Source: an uncultured Deferribacteres bacterium
GTDB lineage: Bacteria > Zhuqueibacterota > Zhuqueibacteria > Zhuqueibacterales > Geothermadaptataceae
Assembly: GCA_964014485.1 (NCBI GenBank)
Contig: CAXHAT010000004.1
Location: 28,208 to 92,207, forward strand
Direction of reading: 5' to 3'
Length of the DNA stretch: 64,000 nt
The notes under the pieces are model-generated. The model worked only from the letters and a program-made list of their open reading frames with translations, ran no database searches and was not told the origin of the DNA. Made by a program: the position numbers and the translations under genes. Within the stretch, counting starts at the first letter, position 1. Every line of letters starts with the position of its first letter. Below are positions 56,159 through 64,000 of this stretch, piece after piece.

Positions 56159-57929
56159 CACTTTTTCGAGCGTCGGCAATGTAACGATCTACTTTCGCTT
56201 CAAGCACAACCAGCGGCTTGGCGCCGTCCGAGAGTACAACGTTGTGGTAATCGCGCACGTCAAACTTGTCGCCAAGTTGTTCTTCGGCGCGCTGGCGCAG
56301 TTCCCATTGTTTTTCATAGCCGAGCCGGTAGGCGAGCGCCTGCCCTGGAATGCTGGTGGAATAACGCAGCGTCTCGGAGGCAATTTCCACCTCGGAATGA
56401 AAAACGTGCTCGCGCATGTAAGTGCGCGCCTCTTCCAGCGACCAGCCGAGCGCGTTCATCCCCGTATCCACGACCAAGCGCGTCGCCAGAAAAATTTCCA
56501 TGATGTAACGACCGTAAAGATCGTGCGGCGTTTCGTAAAGTCCCATTTCCAAGCCAAGGCTCGCCGCGTATTCCGCCCAGCCTTCCGTAAACGCCGCAAT
56601 GGAATATTTTTTCCGGAATGCCTGAAGCGCCTCATTTTCGCCCTGCGTCGCCAAATGAAAATGGTGCCCCGGCAAAAGCTCGTGGTAAATCAACGAACCG
56701 GCGCCAATCAAACTGCGATTCGCCAGATCAGAGCCGTTGTAATTGTAATAGCCTTTGGGATCGGTCGCCGTCGGGGGATTATAGTACCCGAACGTCATCC
56801 CGGCTTCCGCCGCCGGAGACAAGCGCCGCACGCCGTAAGGCGCTTCGGGCATGTACTTGAAGTATTTGTCGAGATGCGGCTCGATGCGCCGGACGTATTC
56901 CATAAACCGCGCTTCCACGTCGGCGGGCGTTTCAGCGAGAAAGCGCGCGTCTTTTTTGAGCTGCTGGTGAAAATCCCGCGCCGAGCCGGTAAACTCCAGT
57001 GCCCTTCGAATCGCCTGCATATTGGCGGAAATCTCAGCCACGGCCTTTTTACCGCGTTCGTGAATTTCCTCGGGCGAAAGATCGAGCGTCGTGTGCGTCC
57101 GGACGCGGCGTTTGTAAACTTCCGCTCCGCTGGGATATTGTCCAAGCCCGACCGTTTCCGGCGCTTTGGCTTCGTAGTCGCCGTCAAACGTTCCCAACAG
57201 CGCGTTGAATCCGACGTTGACTCGATTTTCGATGAGTGAATTTAGCGAGTCTTTGAATGCGGTCTTTTCTTCGGCGTTCAGAGCTTCCAATCGCGCGTCC
57301 GCCGTTTCAAGAACGGCAGGGGCGGCGGCTTTCATGCCCTGCCATGTGATGCGCACGGAAGGCAGCGCCGGTTTTGGCAGGTAAATTCCGCGTTCGATCT
57401 GCCCTTCCACTTTCGCGCGGTACTGGTCGATCATGTCGGCGTATTCGTTGACCAGCTTCAAGTAGTGATCGGCGGAAGCGTCGTTAGTTATTTCGTGCGC
57501 CGCCAGCGCTTGCTGCGCAAACTGAAACAGGTACGGCCCGACGTAAGGCGTAAGATCGAAGGTCAGCCAGTAATCATCGTCATTCGCGCCGTCGTCACGA
57601 AATTGAAAGGCAAGAATTTCGTAGGTGATGAGATCGTCCCCGGCGAGTTGGGAAGCGTCGATTTCAGCAAGCTTTGCGCGCCATTTTGCCGCTTTCGTCA
57701 GATTTTCATGATATTGTTCGAGCGTGACGTCCTCAAACTTTTCGATGGGCAGGCCTTCCTGCAATCGCAGATAGGTGCTGTTTTCCACCATGTCCGCCCA
57801 AACATCATCGGCAAGCGTGCGCAACACGCCAGACGCCCTATTTTCATCAGGCGAGTCGCACGAAAACAGGAAAATCGCGACAAAAGCAGACGAATAGAAC
57901 TTGCCTCTTTTTTTAAAGAAACTACTCAT
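56145..57929 (-). CDS. DUF885-family (gluzincin-like) lipoprotein
   Basis: HELLPGHH, EGWAEYA, RLVVDTG.N..GWS, PGQALAY..G, F.VR.YH; lipobox-like LFSC. Confidence 0.9.
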   Translation of the reverse strand: MSSFFKKRGKFYSSAFVAIFLFSCDSPDENRASGVLRTLADDVWADMVENSTYLRLQEGLPIEKFEDVTLEQYHENLTKAAKWRAKLAEIDASQLAGDDLITYEILAFQFRDDGANDDDYWLTFDLTPYVGPYLFQFAQQALAAHEITNDASADHYLKLVNEYADMIDQYRAKVEGQIERGIYLPKPALPSVRITWQGMKAAAPAVLETADARLEALNAEEKTAFKDSLNSLIENRVNVGFNALLGTFDGDYEAKAPETVGLGQYPSGAEVYKRRVRTHTTLDLSPEEIHERGKKAVAEISANMQAIRRALEFTGSARDFHQQLKKDARFLAETPADVEARFMEYVRRIEPHLDKYFKYMPEAPYGVRRLSPAAEAGMTFGYYNPPTATDPKGYYNYNGSDLANRSLIGAGSLIYHELLPGHHFHLATQGENEALQAFRKKYSIAAFTEGWAEYAASLGLEMGLYETPHDLYGRYIMEIFLATRLVVDTGMNALGWSLEEARTYMREHVFHSEVEIASETLRYSTSIPGQALAYRLGYEKQWELRQRAEEQLGDKFDVRDYHNVVLSDGAKPLVVLEAKVDRYIADARKSVTSE

Positions 57930-57973
57930 TTTCTTTTCCCGGAATACCAATTCAACAGTTAGTCCATTCTTGG

Positions 57974-58069
57974 TTTTTGACTGGATTTACGAGATAAACA
58001 GGATTGTATGACAAATCGGTTGGTTCTTTAAGCCAAATGATCCGGTCAATCCTGTTATCCTGTCAAAAA
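57974..58069. repeat. Inverted repeat of short (ACAGGAT) tandem units
   Basis: TTTTTGACTGGATTTACGAGATAAACAGGATTG ... CAATCCTGTTATCCTGTCAAAAA. Confidence 0.65.
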
Positions 58070-58096
58070 TTACTCCCAGTAAACCAATCAAAGTTT

Positions 58097-60220
58097 TTAC
58101 AAACTCGGCTGTGCTTGCAAGACCTTGATCAGAAAAGCCCATTTATCCGCCTCGCCTTCGATGATTTTTCTGGTCGGTTTACCGGCGCCGTGCCCGGCTT
58201 TGGTTTCGATGCGAATAAGTATCGGGGATTTTCCGCCTTGCGCCGGTTGCAGCGTGGAAGCGAATTTGTAAGAATGTCCCGGCACCACGCGATCATCGTG
58301 ATCCGCGGTTGTGATCAGCGTGGCGGGATAGTTTGTCCCCGGCTTAATGTTGTGCAACGGCGAATATTTGTAGAGAAACTTGAAATGATCCGGGTTGTCG
58401 GAGGAGCCGTACTCCGAAGCCCACGCCCAGCCAATGGTAAATTTGTGGTAGCGCAGCATGTCCAGAACGCCGACGGCGACAATCGCCGCGCCGAAAAGAT
58501 CGGGGCGTTGGGTCAAGCTGGCGCCGGTCAAAAGCCCGCCGTTGCTGCCTCCGGCAATGGCCAGTTTTGGCGTTGAAGTATAGCCTTCGCGAATCAAGTA
58601 TTCCGCTGCAGCGATAAAATCGTCGAACACGTTTTGTTTTTTCTCCAGCATCCCGGCGGCGTGCCACTCTTCGCCAAATTCGCCGCCCCCGCGCAGGTTG
58701 GGCAAAGCATAAACGCCGCCGCGTTCCAACCAGACCAAATTGCTGATCGAAAACCCGGGGGTCATGCTGATGTTAAAGCCGCCGTAAGCGTAGAGCAGGG
58801 TCGGATTTTGCCCGTTCATTTGCAAGTCGCGGTGATGGACAATGAACATGGGAATGCGCGTCCCGTCCTTGCTTGAGTAAAACACCTGCTTGGTGACGAA
58901 TTGGCTGGCGTCAAAATCGATTTCCGGTGCGCGAAAAACCGTCGATTCGCCGCTCTTGAAATCGTAGCGCATGATGGTCGTTGGATATGTGAAGGAAGTG
59001 AAGCCGTAAAACATCTCGGCGTCTTCGCGTTCGCCGCTCAATCCCCACGTCGTACCAATGGCGGGAAGCTCGATGTTCTTGATCAGCTTGCCGTCCAGAT
59101 TGTGAATTGTGATGCGCGATTTTACCGTGTCCAGCGCTGAAACGATGAATTGATTATTGATCATCGTCGTTCCGCGCAGAACGGCGTCGCTTTCCAGAAT
59201 CAGCGTTTTCCAGTTGGCGCGTTCGGGTTGGTCGAGGTTAATTTGAATCAGACGCTGACGCGGCGCTTCAAGATCGGTCAAAAAATAGAAGTCTTTACCT
59301 GTGCTGCCGATAAAATTGTAGCTTGCGTCGAAATCATCGAGCAAGCGCACCATGCCGTTCTTGTCGTTTCGCAAATCTTTGTAATAGACGCGGTTGCGGC
59401 GATCCGTGCCTTTTGAAACGCTCACAACAAGGAAATCGCCGTCATCTGTCACACTGGGGAAAAAACCGAATTCCGGCTCATCCGGGCGCTCGTAAACCAG
59501 CCGATCATCACTTTGCGGCGTGCCGACGACGTGGTAGTAGAGCTTTTGATTTTTGTTCATCTGCTCGTAAGTCTCGCCTTCTTTGGGCTTATCGTAGCGG
59601 CTGTAAAAAAAGCCTTTGCCGTCGTGCTTCCAGGCGGCGCCGCTGAATTTGATCCACTCAAGTTTGTCATGCAAGTCCTTGCCCGTGTTGACGTCCCGCA
59701 CGCGAAACGTTTGCCAGTCCGAACCGCTGGCGCTTGTGCCGTAAGCAAGGAGACTGCCGTCTTTGTTAAACGAAAGCGAAGTCAGCGCGACCGTACCGTC
59801 TTGGGAGAGCGTGTTGGGATCGATCAAAACTTTGGGGTTATCGTCATCGAGCGATTCGGCCATGTAGTAGACGCTCTGGTTTTGCAAGCCGTCGTTTTTG
59901 GAGTAAAAATAGCGCCCGCCTCGTTTGAAGGGCGCGCTGTATTTCGGGTAATTCCATAGATCCGTCAAGCGCTTGCGCAGGGTTTCGCGCTCTGGAATTT
60001 TTTCCAGATAATCGAACGTCACCTTGTTCTGCGCTTCCACCCACTTCGCGGTTTCTCCGCTGTTGACGTCTTCCAGCCAGCGGAAAGGATCAGCGACTTT
60101 TGTTCCATGATAGTCTTCAACCGTCTCGCCCTTTCGAGTACCCGGATATTTAATTTCCTGAGCGGTCGACGCAACAGTTAGTCCGGTTAGAAAAAAGATG
60201 GTCAAATAAAAGCCTTTCAC
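58097..60220 (-). CDS. Prolyl oligopeptidase (S9A), exported
   Basis: DPFRWLE, YGGF, NLRGGGEFG, GGSNGG (Ser), DDRV (Asp), GHG (His); GTG start at 60220 with GGAGG RBS. Confidence 0.95.
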   Translation of the reverse strand: MKGFYLTIFFLTGLTVASTAQEIKYPGTRKGETVEDYHGTKVADPFRWLEDVNSGETAKWVEAQNKVTFDYLEKIPERETLRKRLTDLWNYPKYSAPFKRGGRYFYSKNDGLQNQSVYYMAESLDDDNPKVLIDPNTLSQDGTVALTSLSFNKDGSLLAYGTSASGSDWQTFRVRDVNTGKDLHDKLEWIKFSGAAWKHDGKGFFYSRYDKPKEGETYEQMNKNQKLYYHVVGTPQSDDRLVYERPDEPEFGFFPSVTDDGDFLVVSVSKGTDRRNRVYYKDLRNDKNGMVRLLDDFDASYNFIGSTGKDFYFLTDLEAPRQRLIQINLDQPERANWKTLILESDAVLRGTTMINNQFIVSALDTVKSRITIHNLDGKLIKNIELPAIGTTWGLSGEREDAEMFYGFTSFTYPTTIMRYDFKSGESTVFRAPEIDFDASQFVTKQVFYSSKDGTRIPMFIVHHRDLQMNGQNPTLLYAYGGFNISMTPGFSISNLVWLERGGVYALPNLRGGGEFGEEWHAAGMLEKKQNVFDDFIAAAEYLIREGYTSTPKLAIAGGSNGGLLTGASLTQRPDLFGAAIVAVGVLDMLRYHKFTIGWAWASEYGSSDNPDHFKFLYKYSPLHNIKPGTNYPATLITTADHDDRVVPGHSYKFASTLQPAQGGKSPILIRIETKAGHGAGKPTRKIIEGEADKWAFLIKVLQAQPSL

Positions 60221-60322
60221 ATTTGCCTCCCTGCTTTTTCTAGCGTTAGGGTAAATGATTTGTGTTTTTACTTTACAACCGATATTCCGCACACAAGAAT
60301 TGGAGATGGAAATAATTTCTTT

Positions 60323-60694
60323 CTCTCATTAGCGCCGTCCTTCAGGATACTGTTGGCGAATTCCAAAGACTGACCCCAAAGGGGTCGAATGTAATAGCGA
60401 AGGGCGAAGCCCTGGGGAAAAAACGCCAATTCTCTGGTTTAAGCCCTGAAAGGGCGACATAAAATGGTGCGGCAGGGTCGATTCGTTTATTTCGCCCTTT
60501 CAGGGCTTTTACAAAAGGTGTCATTCTTGTGTTTTCCAGGGCTTCGCCCTTCGCTATTACATTTTGCCCCGTTGGGGCAGGAGTGAATTGTCAAAACCAG
60601 TCTTCACTAATGAATTCGCCAACAGTATCCTTCAGGGCGGTGACAAGAGCGTCCTTCCCCTTTCCCCCGGCTTGAAAGCCGGGGCTAATGAGAG
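60323..60694. repeat. Outer REP-like palindrome split by MITE C
   Basis: CTCTCATTAGC (60323..60333) / GCTAATGAGAG (60684..60694); CCCCGGCTT-GA-AAGCCGGGG hairpin; the left hairpin CCGTCCTTCAGGGCGG is restored by removing MITE C. Confidence 0.65.
60347..60628. mobile_element. MITE family C (about 282 bp) carrying a REP cluster
   Basis: TIR ATACTGTTGGCGAATTC/GAATTCGCCAACAGTAT with CCTTCAGG on both sides (alternatively a 19-bp TIR + TTCA); inner perfect 28-bp (60388..60415 / 60536..60563) and 17-bp (60441..60457 / 60492..60508) inverted repeats. Confidence 0.78.
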
Positions 60695-60844
60695 GCAAAA
60701 TCTCATCAGGTGCAAAAGACGTCTTGCAGCCGAATTAAAATTGTCGAAAAAGCGCTCTTTCAACAAATGATTTCAAATGCGACAATTGACGTACGGAATG
60801 TTGGTTACAAAGCAAAAGCTCGTGATTCTGACAGCGTTTTTCCG

Positions 60845-62173
60845 CTAACCGAACAACCCGTTGAGCAGAATGACGAGCACCGCCAATGGAATAACCCATT
60901 TAATGACTGGCTTCCAATATTCTCCAACTTTCATTTTTTGGCCGCTAGCAAGTAAATGTGTTTTGATTCTCTCGAACCCAATTGCGAAAGCGCCGAATAC
61001 GACGATCAATAATCCGCCGACCGGCAACATGATCGTATTTGTCAAATAATCGAACAAACCGAAGACTGTCATTCCAAAAAACCGCACCGGATTCTCGACA
61101 TAGGAAAAGACGACGGGGATTGAACCGGCCGTCACCATTGTGGTGACGGCGACCAATGCTCGAAACGGCGTCAGTTTGAATCGTTCTTGAAAACTTTGCT
61201 TTAAGCCTTGCAACGACGCGATCAGCGAAGTGAAACCGCCCAGAAACAGCAGCAAGAAGAAAACTGCTCCCCAGAAAGCGCCGTTCTCCAGGCGGCCAAA
61301 CACAGAGGCCATCGTAACAAAAATGAGATTCGGCCCGGAGTCCGGCGGCAGACCAAAGCTAAACAAAGCGGGGAAAATCATCAATCCTGCGAGCACGGCA
61401 AAAAGCGTATCCGCAATGACGATCCAGATGACGCTGGTCAGTAAATTTTCCTTTCGACCCGCGTACCCGCCAAAAACAAACGCAATGGCCATCCCGACGC
61501 CGACTGAAAAAAACAATTGGCCTAATGCGCCGAGAATAACCTGAACGTTTATTTTTGAAAAATCAGGGTACAAATACCAGCGGTAGCCCGCTCCCGCCCC
61601 GTCCAGCGTGGCCGCCCAAACAGCCAGACCAATCATGATTACAATCAACGTCGTCATCATGAATTTGGCGTAGCGCTCAAGCCCTTCCCGTAAGCCGCGA
61701 CTCACAATGAAAAACGAGGCGACCATGATCCCCAAAATGACCAAAAGAATTGTTGGCAAATCTGACGCAATCGTCGAAAAATGATCTTGCAAATCATCTG
61801 TGGACAGCATTGAAAGGCGCCCGGAGACGCTCTGTCCAAAATAGATAATGATCCAGGCGAGAATCATGACATAGTAAAAAAGAATGATCATGTTCGCCGC
61901 GACGTTCAGCCATCCCACGCCGTTCCAAGCCGCCTTGCCGCTGAGCTTGCCGAAACCGGTCAGCGGCGTTGCTCTCGACATTCGCCCGAGTACGATTTCA
62001 ATTGTGAGAATTGGGATTCCTATAAGAAAAATGAGCAGAAGATAAATCAGCAGGAATGCGCCCCCGCCGCCTTCACCGACAGCGTAGGGGAATCGCCAAA
62101 TGTTGCCGAGTCCCACGGCAAAAGCGGAAGTGGTGATAATAAAGGATAACCTGTTTGACCAACGATTTGCCAT
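60845..62173 (-). CDS. Sodium-dependent transporter, NSS/SNF family
   Basis: W..R..F, AVGLGNIWRFPY..G..GGGAF, E..LGR, ALGQ.FFS..VG, GP.LIF. Confidence 0.93.
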   Translation of the reverse strand: MANRWSNRLSFIITTSAFAVGLGNIWRFPYAVGEGGGGAFLLIYLLLIFLIGIPILTIEIVLGRMSRATPLTGFGKLSGKAAWNGVGWLNVAANMIILFYYVMILAWIIIYFGQSVSGRLSMLSTDDLQDHFSTIASDLPTILLVILGIMVASFFIVSRGLREGLERYAKFMMTTLIVIMIGLAVWAATLDGAGAGYRWYLYPDFSKINVQVILGALGQLFFSVGVGMAIAFVFGGYAGRKENLLTSVIWIVIADTLFAVLAGLMIFPALFSFGLPPDSGPNLIFVTMASVFGRLENGAFWGAVFFLLLFLGGFTSLIASLQGLKQSFQERFKLTPFRALVAVTTMVTAGSIPVVFSYVENPVRFFGMTVFGLFDYLTNTIMLPVGGLLIVVFGAFAIGFERIKTHLLASGQKMKVGEYWKPVIKWVIPLAVLVILLNGLFG

Positions 62174-62446
62174 GCCCAATAGAAGCAATTCCGCTGGGCG
62201 TTCGCAACATTATTGAGACAGGGGGCTCTTTCAAAGCCGCTTCGTTTCGGCCTAGGGCAAGTTCACTTCTCTGCACAACTACGGCGCTGAAGGTACTCTA
62301 ACCTGTATTCCCCAAATCTCTTATGTCTTGCTGCTCACGGATGAGCGCGAGCGTGTTTTGCAGTACTTGATCGTACGAAGGGACTCGTCTTTTGAAATTC
62401 TGTCAACCGGAACCGATTTTTAAACGACCGCTTCGGGAAAAGTACA

Positions 62447-63953
62447 ATGACAAAACGTTCCTTGCCGACGCTTGCCTTGCTGGCTCTTCTGACATGCCCG
62501 CTCTATTCTCAAACCTATGATCTGCAATTTTCTCTCGTCAACAACGATGCATCGGTTAACGGCAGTCTCGAAGTAACCGTTCAAATGCGCGCCGCCGACT
62601 TTGATTTTAAAATGGGCTCGGGCAATTTGGTTCTTGCTTTTGACCCCAATTGGCTGAGTAACCCAACGCTGAATACGGTGCATAATTTCAGCGGCGGCTC
62701 TTATCAAGCGGCGAGTTTGACTGAGCCATTATCTGGAGCAGCTTCTATAAATATTGAATTTGGCGGAGCTTCGGGCAGTGGAACAGACGTTACAACCGCA
62801 TTCATTAACGTCGCAACGATTGGATTTACGATTGTGGATCCAGCGCAGGCGGGCGTTCTTTCGTGGCGATCCAGTTCGCCCAATGCCGTCAACGTTTTCT
62901 CGGATAATAATGCGTCGTTGCTTTCGGCCAATAGCTTCGCAGGCGTCGATCTTTCTCCGCCGCAAGTCGCTTCATTTGCTCCTGGCAGCGGAAGCATTGC
63001 TACGGAAGTCACTCTCAGCGGAAACTATTTTACGGACGCCATTTCAGTCGAGTTCAACGGCGTTCCAGCAGCCCAGTTTTTTGTTGACTCAGATCAACAA
63101 ATTCGTGCTGATGTTCCAAGCGGTGCAACGACGGGCAGGATTCGCGTAACAACCCCCAACGGCTCAGGAGAAAGTGCGACGGATTTTGTTGTGCTTGGAA
63201 CTACACCGGCATCACCTTCCAATCTCACCGCTTTCGCTGTCAGCTCATCAGAAATCGACCTCTCATGGACCGACAATTCTTCGGATGAAGACAATTTCAA
63301 GATCGAGCGTCATTCGGGCGACGGGAATTTCGCTGAAATCGCCGCCGGCGGCGCGGACGTGACGTCGTACAACGACACGGGACTTGCGGCTTCCACGACC
63401 TACACCTATCGCATCCGGGCCTCAAACGGCGCGGGCGATTCCGGTTATTCCAACGAAGCGTCGGCAATCACGGACGACGTGAGCTGCACGCCCGACCAAA
63501 ACGTTGCTCCCGGGAAAACCGCCAGCGCATCTACGCAGGATCCTGATGATCCAGCGTCAAACGCCATCGACGAAAACGAAGGCACCTACTGGCGCAGCGA
63601 CGACGTTGTCACCGGCGTGCCGGAATGGATCAAAATTGATTTAGGCGAAGTTTTCGAGGTCGACAGCGTAGTCATCGATTGGGAGAGCAAGGATTACGCA
63701 ACGATTTATGAAGTGCAGACCTCAACCGATGACGTCAATTGGGCGACGGCGGTCAGCGCGACCAAGGACGACAAGGGCGTGGACACGCACAAGTTCGCTT
63801 CCGTTTCAGCGCAATATGTACGCGTCTTCATGACGGAAAACAATAAATCGACCTATCGCATTAATGAATTCGAAATCTACGGCTGCTCTGACGGCGGAAC
63901 GCCTACTCCGCCTGCTGATCCGTCTGGCTTGACCGCGACGGCCAATGGAACGG
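62447..63953 (+). CDS. Large secreted modular protein, truncated at the contig end (cohesin-like, IPT/TIG, FN3, F5/8-type discoidin, start of next FN3)
   Basis: Signal peptide; P.SG..G..VT..G..F TIG; L.W.DNS..E.F.IER..Y.D.GL...TTY.YR FN3; A.D....TYW..WI.IDLG discoidin; no stop before the adapter. Confidence 0.85.
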
Positions 63954-64000
63954 CTGTCTCTTATACACATCTGACGCTGCCGACGAGCTTCTTGGTGTAG
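63954..64000 (+). other. Nextera/Tn5 adapter read-through (library artefact)
   Basis: CTGTCTCTTATACACATCT mosaic end + GACGCTGCCGACGA + 8-nt index GCTTCTTG + GTGTAG; translates to the AVSYTHLTLPT artefact peptide. Confidence 0.98.

Noticed and set aside
56244..57239. 331-aa + strand ORF (and similar long shadow ORFs such as 39497..40399, 7058..7663, 32538..33143)
   Set aside because: These are antisense or alternate-frame shadows of well-supported genes, with no recognisable motifs.
60323..60694. CRISPR array
   Set aside because: The repeats are inverted and nested, not regularly spaced direct repeats with unique spacers; no cas genes.
60342..60770. Short ORFs across the repeat cluster (also 11089..11433, 14719..14952, 35507..35767, 50845..51033, 54340..54567)
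   Set aside because: They are translations of REP/MITE sequence; their mutual similarity is explained by the DNA repeats.
62174..62446. Amino-acid riboswitch or T-box upstream of the NSS transporter
   Set aside because: No recognisable glycine, lysine, SAM or T-box consensus by eye; an Rfam scan would be needed.
63954..63972. Tn5/IS50 transposon end
   Set aside because: It is the synthetic mosaic end followed by Illumina adapter and index, so it is a library artefact.

Overview
This is a 64-kb bacterial metagenomic contig end. It is probably FCB-superphylum (KSB1/Calditrichota/Ignavibacteria-like). That is an inference from C-terminal 'NFPNPFNPTT' secretion tails, a Hanks kinase-TPR receptor and a propeller/Y_Y_Y sensor kinase. 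The last 47 nt are untrimmed Nextera adapter. Core genes: ffh-rpsP-khpA-rimM-trmD-rplS, hflKC, and a stand-alone nuoJKLMN with its own promoter. Accessory content: (1) A divergent Paa-like di-iron aryl-CoA epoxidase operon (ALDH, two crotonases, PaaA, split PaaD, two PaaB-like subunits, PaaC, gamma-CA; no PaaE/PaaK in the window). It is interrupted twice by co-oriented inserts: a DinJ-YafQ toxin-antitoxin pair and an ABC-ATPase + DUF4276 (TOPRIM-like) candidate defence module. (2) Many secreted peptidases, hydrolases and two-component genes. (3) An unusually rich intergenic repeat landscape. Three unrelated MITE families have terminal inverted repeats (TIRs) and target-site duplications (TSDs), and each carries a REP-like palindrome inside. 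One is nested three levels deep, and in another the inner hairpin is flipped between copies. Several free REP-like families are also present. No transposase, CRISPR array, tRNA or rRNA was recognised.
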